A DNA stretch of 64,000 nt from Paraspadella gotoi (Eukaryota; Animalia; Chaetognatha): contig CM119264.1 of assembly GCA_051294375.1 (NCBI GenBank), positions 19,723,590 to 19,787,589 on the forward strand, written 5' to 3'. Shown here in pieces: positions 61,689-64,000 of the stretch. The notes below the pieces were generated by a model. It was given only the letters and a program-made list of their open reading frames with translations, was not told the origin of the DNA and did not search any database. The number at the start of each line of letters is the position of its first letter. Position 1 is the stretch's first letter. The position numbers and the translations under genes were made by a program.

Positions 61689-61750
61689 GAAAAACCGTAC
61701 ATGTTTCGACTTACATACAAGCCTTCTTCAACGTTAACAAATTGTTTTCG
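61689..61750 (-). ncRNA. Minimal hammerhead motif, U3 variant
   Basis: cg-TTGAAGA-A-GGCTT-gtatgt-AAGTC-GAAAC-AT-GTA-cg; distal gaaaac/gttttt pairing. Confidence 0.7.
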
Positions 61751-62684
61751 TGAATTTTGAAATTATTTTGTGCAAAAGAAGAAGAGAGAAAGAGAGAGAA
61801 AGAGAGAAAAACAGAGAGAGAGGGCAAAGTTTTCAACTCAGAGATGAGAAAAGAATAGTGGTCAGATGTGAGGACAGGTTAAGACGAGGACAGATTGAGT
61901 TAGATTGTGAAAAGAAATTAAATGGTGAAAGGGAGAGAGAGAGAGACAGAAACATTAGAAACAATACATTATGCATTGTACAACAGAGATAAAATTTTTA
62001 AGCTAAAAGTGATAATAATAATTTTAACAATTAACTACTATAAATTAGTGAATATGAAAAGTGAAAAATGAAAGGTGAAAGATTTGAGGGATATAAGTTT
62101 GGAATAGTTGTTAAAGTGAAAATTTAAGAATAAAGAAAGAGCTCAAAATGAGCTGGCCCCCTTTGGTTGAAGGCTTCCTTGCGGGAAGAGTCCAAGGGCT
62201 ACCCGAATGTCTGTCTGGCCTGGTACGCTTGTCGACTGCCCTCTTCTCGCCTGCTGGCGAGGCTGGCGGTTGTCCATTCCTGCCGCTTTTGCAACATGAG
62301 TTGTGGACTCCTCCCCTTCCTCCTGCAGCCGTCTTTTGGGTGGGCGCTCACTCCACTGAGAGAGAGAGTGAGTTGCTGCAGGTGAAGGAGAGGCATCGTT
62401 TGCCCATTGCCTGCGCAAAGGTCTCCGACTGTTTCTTTGAGTGGATACAGGGGAATCATTGTGCGGACGTGGTGGAGACAGGGCATCCACCAAGCGTATC
62501 AGAGCTTGGAGGGAGATCGAATCGTCTTCCATCACGGTTCAAAGAGGGCTCAAGGGCTTTGATGTAAATTGCCTCTCTAATACCTCTTGAGAACCAGTTT
62601 GGGTCATGGGACAGCACGAGACAGTCTGACTCTCTGAATAGATGGCCAGTATTTGCTGTGTGTTTGGCAACAGCAGATAGATAG

Positions 62685-63150
62685 TAAGGCGGGCCAAAAT
62701 TGACAAAAAATTTTTTACAAAAAATATTTTTTAAGAACGGATTCCTATCGAGCTTGAAAAGTTAAATGAAAGTTAGTACTACAATTTTTTAAAATTTTGA
62801 CAATAAATTGGTTAAAAGTAGAAAAAAACCTTAAAAAATCATCATCATCATCATCATTGGCTGAATTTTATAATTTTTTTAAATTTTTATAAATAAAACC
62901 AAAAAAAATTTAAAAGTTGTAGTAATAACTTTTATCTAACTTTTAAAGCTCTAGCAGAATCTATTAAAAAAAATTGAAAAATTAAAAAAAAATTTTAAAC
63001 TTTATGTAGTAATAAAATAATCTTTAAATGCTTCCGTGCGCTTATTAATAAGATAAATTTAAAAAAATATTTTTATTTTCAAATTCTTTAACAGTCACTT
63101 AACCATTATTTATTTGAGAGAACTTCTAGTTTTCAACCTGTTCCGGCCTA
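62685..63150 (+). mobile_element. hAT-type MITE family A inside the Penelope endonuclease
   Basis: TAAGGCGG...CCGGCCTA; perfect 8-bp TSD ATAGATAG. Confidence 0.85.
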
Positions 63151-63586
63151 ATAGATAGTGCCCTCTCGCGTCGCGATAGGGCTTTGTGTGCTGCTGAAAG
63201 TGGTCCATCAGAGACGCCCATGTATGCTGCTGCACAGGCTTGGTTTCCCGTTCCTGCACAGGCCGTCCAATACCATGATGGGAAAAAAAAGTGTCGCGGT
63301 TTAAAAAAGCCAGTTAATTTTATTTGGCTAATAAATAAGTTTTAATAAAATGATTATTTTTTAACAGCATTAAATTATTCAATGCATTCAAATACTTCCA
63401 AAAGAGGTTATCTCTAACTGTTTTCACTTTTTTTTGGATTAAGAAAACTACTCATATTGTTGTTAAAATTATATCTCTGACATGATATTTTTTATCAGAT
63501 TTGGGATAAAAAATGGTCTTTAGCAAGCAATAAAAAAGATTGATCCTCTATAAAGTAAACCAGGTTTGAGTTCCCGAGAGAGATGT

Positions 63587-64000
63587 TTAACCAAAATGCA
63601 AGTACATGCAGACTGATATTCATTATATACTCACCAAATAAGTATTCCATAAAACCTATTTTCTGTTTTGTCTTATAATACGGATATGATTATCAAAGAA
63701 TTCAAATCAAATTAGCATATATCGTCCTAAAGTAAGCAACACGTATTTATTTGAATATTTGTTCAGATTTTAAATTCATTAATGAATTTTTTAAAATTTG
63801 TCTACGATATATGGTCCCACCCTGTATATTTTCAAATTATGTACTACATCTACGTCTGCATGTTTACGAGAGCGGCTAAGATTAAAACCAAAATATGAAA
63901 TTAAAAGTGGCAAGCATACTCGTATTTTAGATATATCTGCTATTTACTCAACTATAAAACAAAAGGTAATAATTGGATCTTTTTTTATGGAAGAAGGAAC
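63587..64000 (+). repeat. Indel-rich direct copy of 48490-48890
   Basis: Colinear match including the MITE end and its unique flank. Confidence 0.85.

Larger units (their letters stand above)
61605..63272 (-). mobile_element. 3' part of a Penelope-like retroelement (GIY-YIG endonuclease remnant plus pLTR with hammerhead)
   Basis: The minus strand translates YWTACAG..CAAAYMG / SLMDHFQQH..GHYLSAVAKHTANTGH..WFSRGIREAIYIKALEPSLNRDG once the MITE is removed. A hammerhead lies downstream. Confidence 0.85.

Overview
AT-rich animal genomic DNA. It contains no prokaryotic operons or CRISPR arrays. The window lies inside one giant + strand gene: 32 GT-AG exons (1509-61348, about 8.5 kb coding, about 2,800 aa) encoding about 31 tandem I-set Ig domains with no FN3 or kinase domain seen. 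It is titin/kettin/obscurin-like, and neither gene end is in the window. The introns are packed with non-autonomous mobile DNA. (1) A miniature LTR retrotransposon (TRIM) has ~234-bp LTRs that each carry a 72-nt tRNA-like Pol III module, plus a tRNA-Trp-type PBS, a PPT, 4-bp TSDs and unusual TA...CA ends; there are two full copies and one solo LTR. (2) A second, unrelated TG...CA LTR family also carries a tRNA-like module. (3) Penelope-like element remnants include a GIY-YIG endonuclease fragment and five minimal hammerhead ribozyme motifs. (4) There are many DINE-1/HINE-like Helentron derivatives, hAT-type MITEs with 8-bp TSDs, and a 2.8-kb nested foldback with inverted minisatellite arrays. 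The last ~410 bp is an indel-rich copy of 48490-48890 and may be an assembly artefact. All calls were made by eye; no searches were run.
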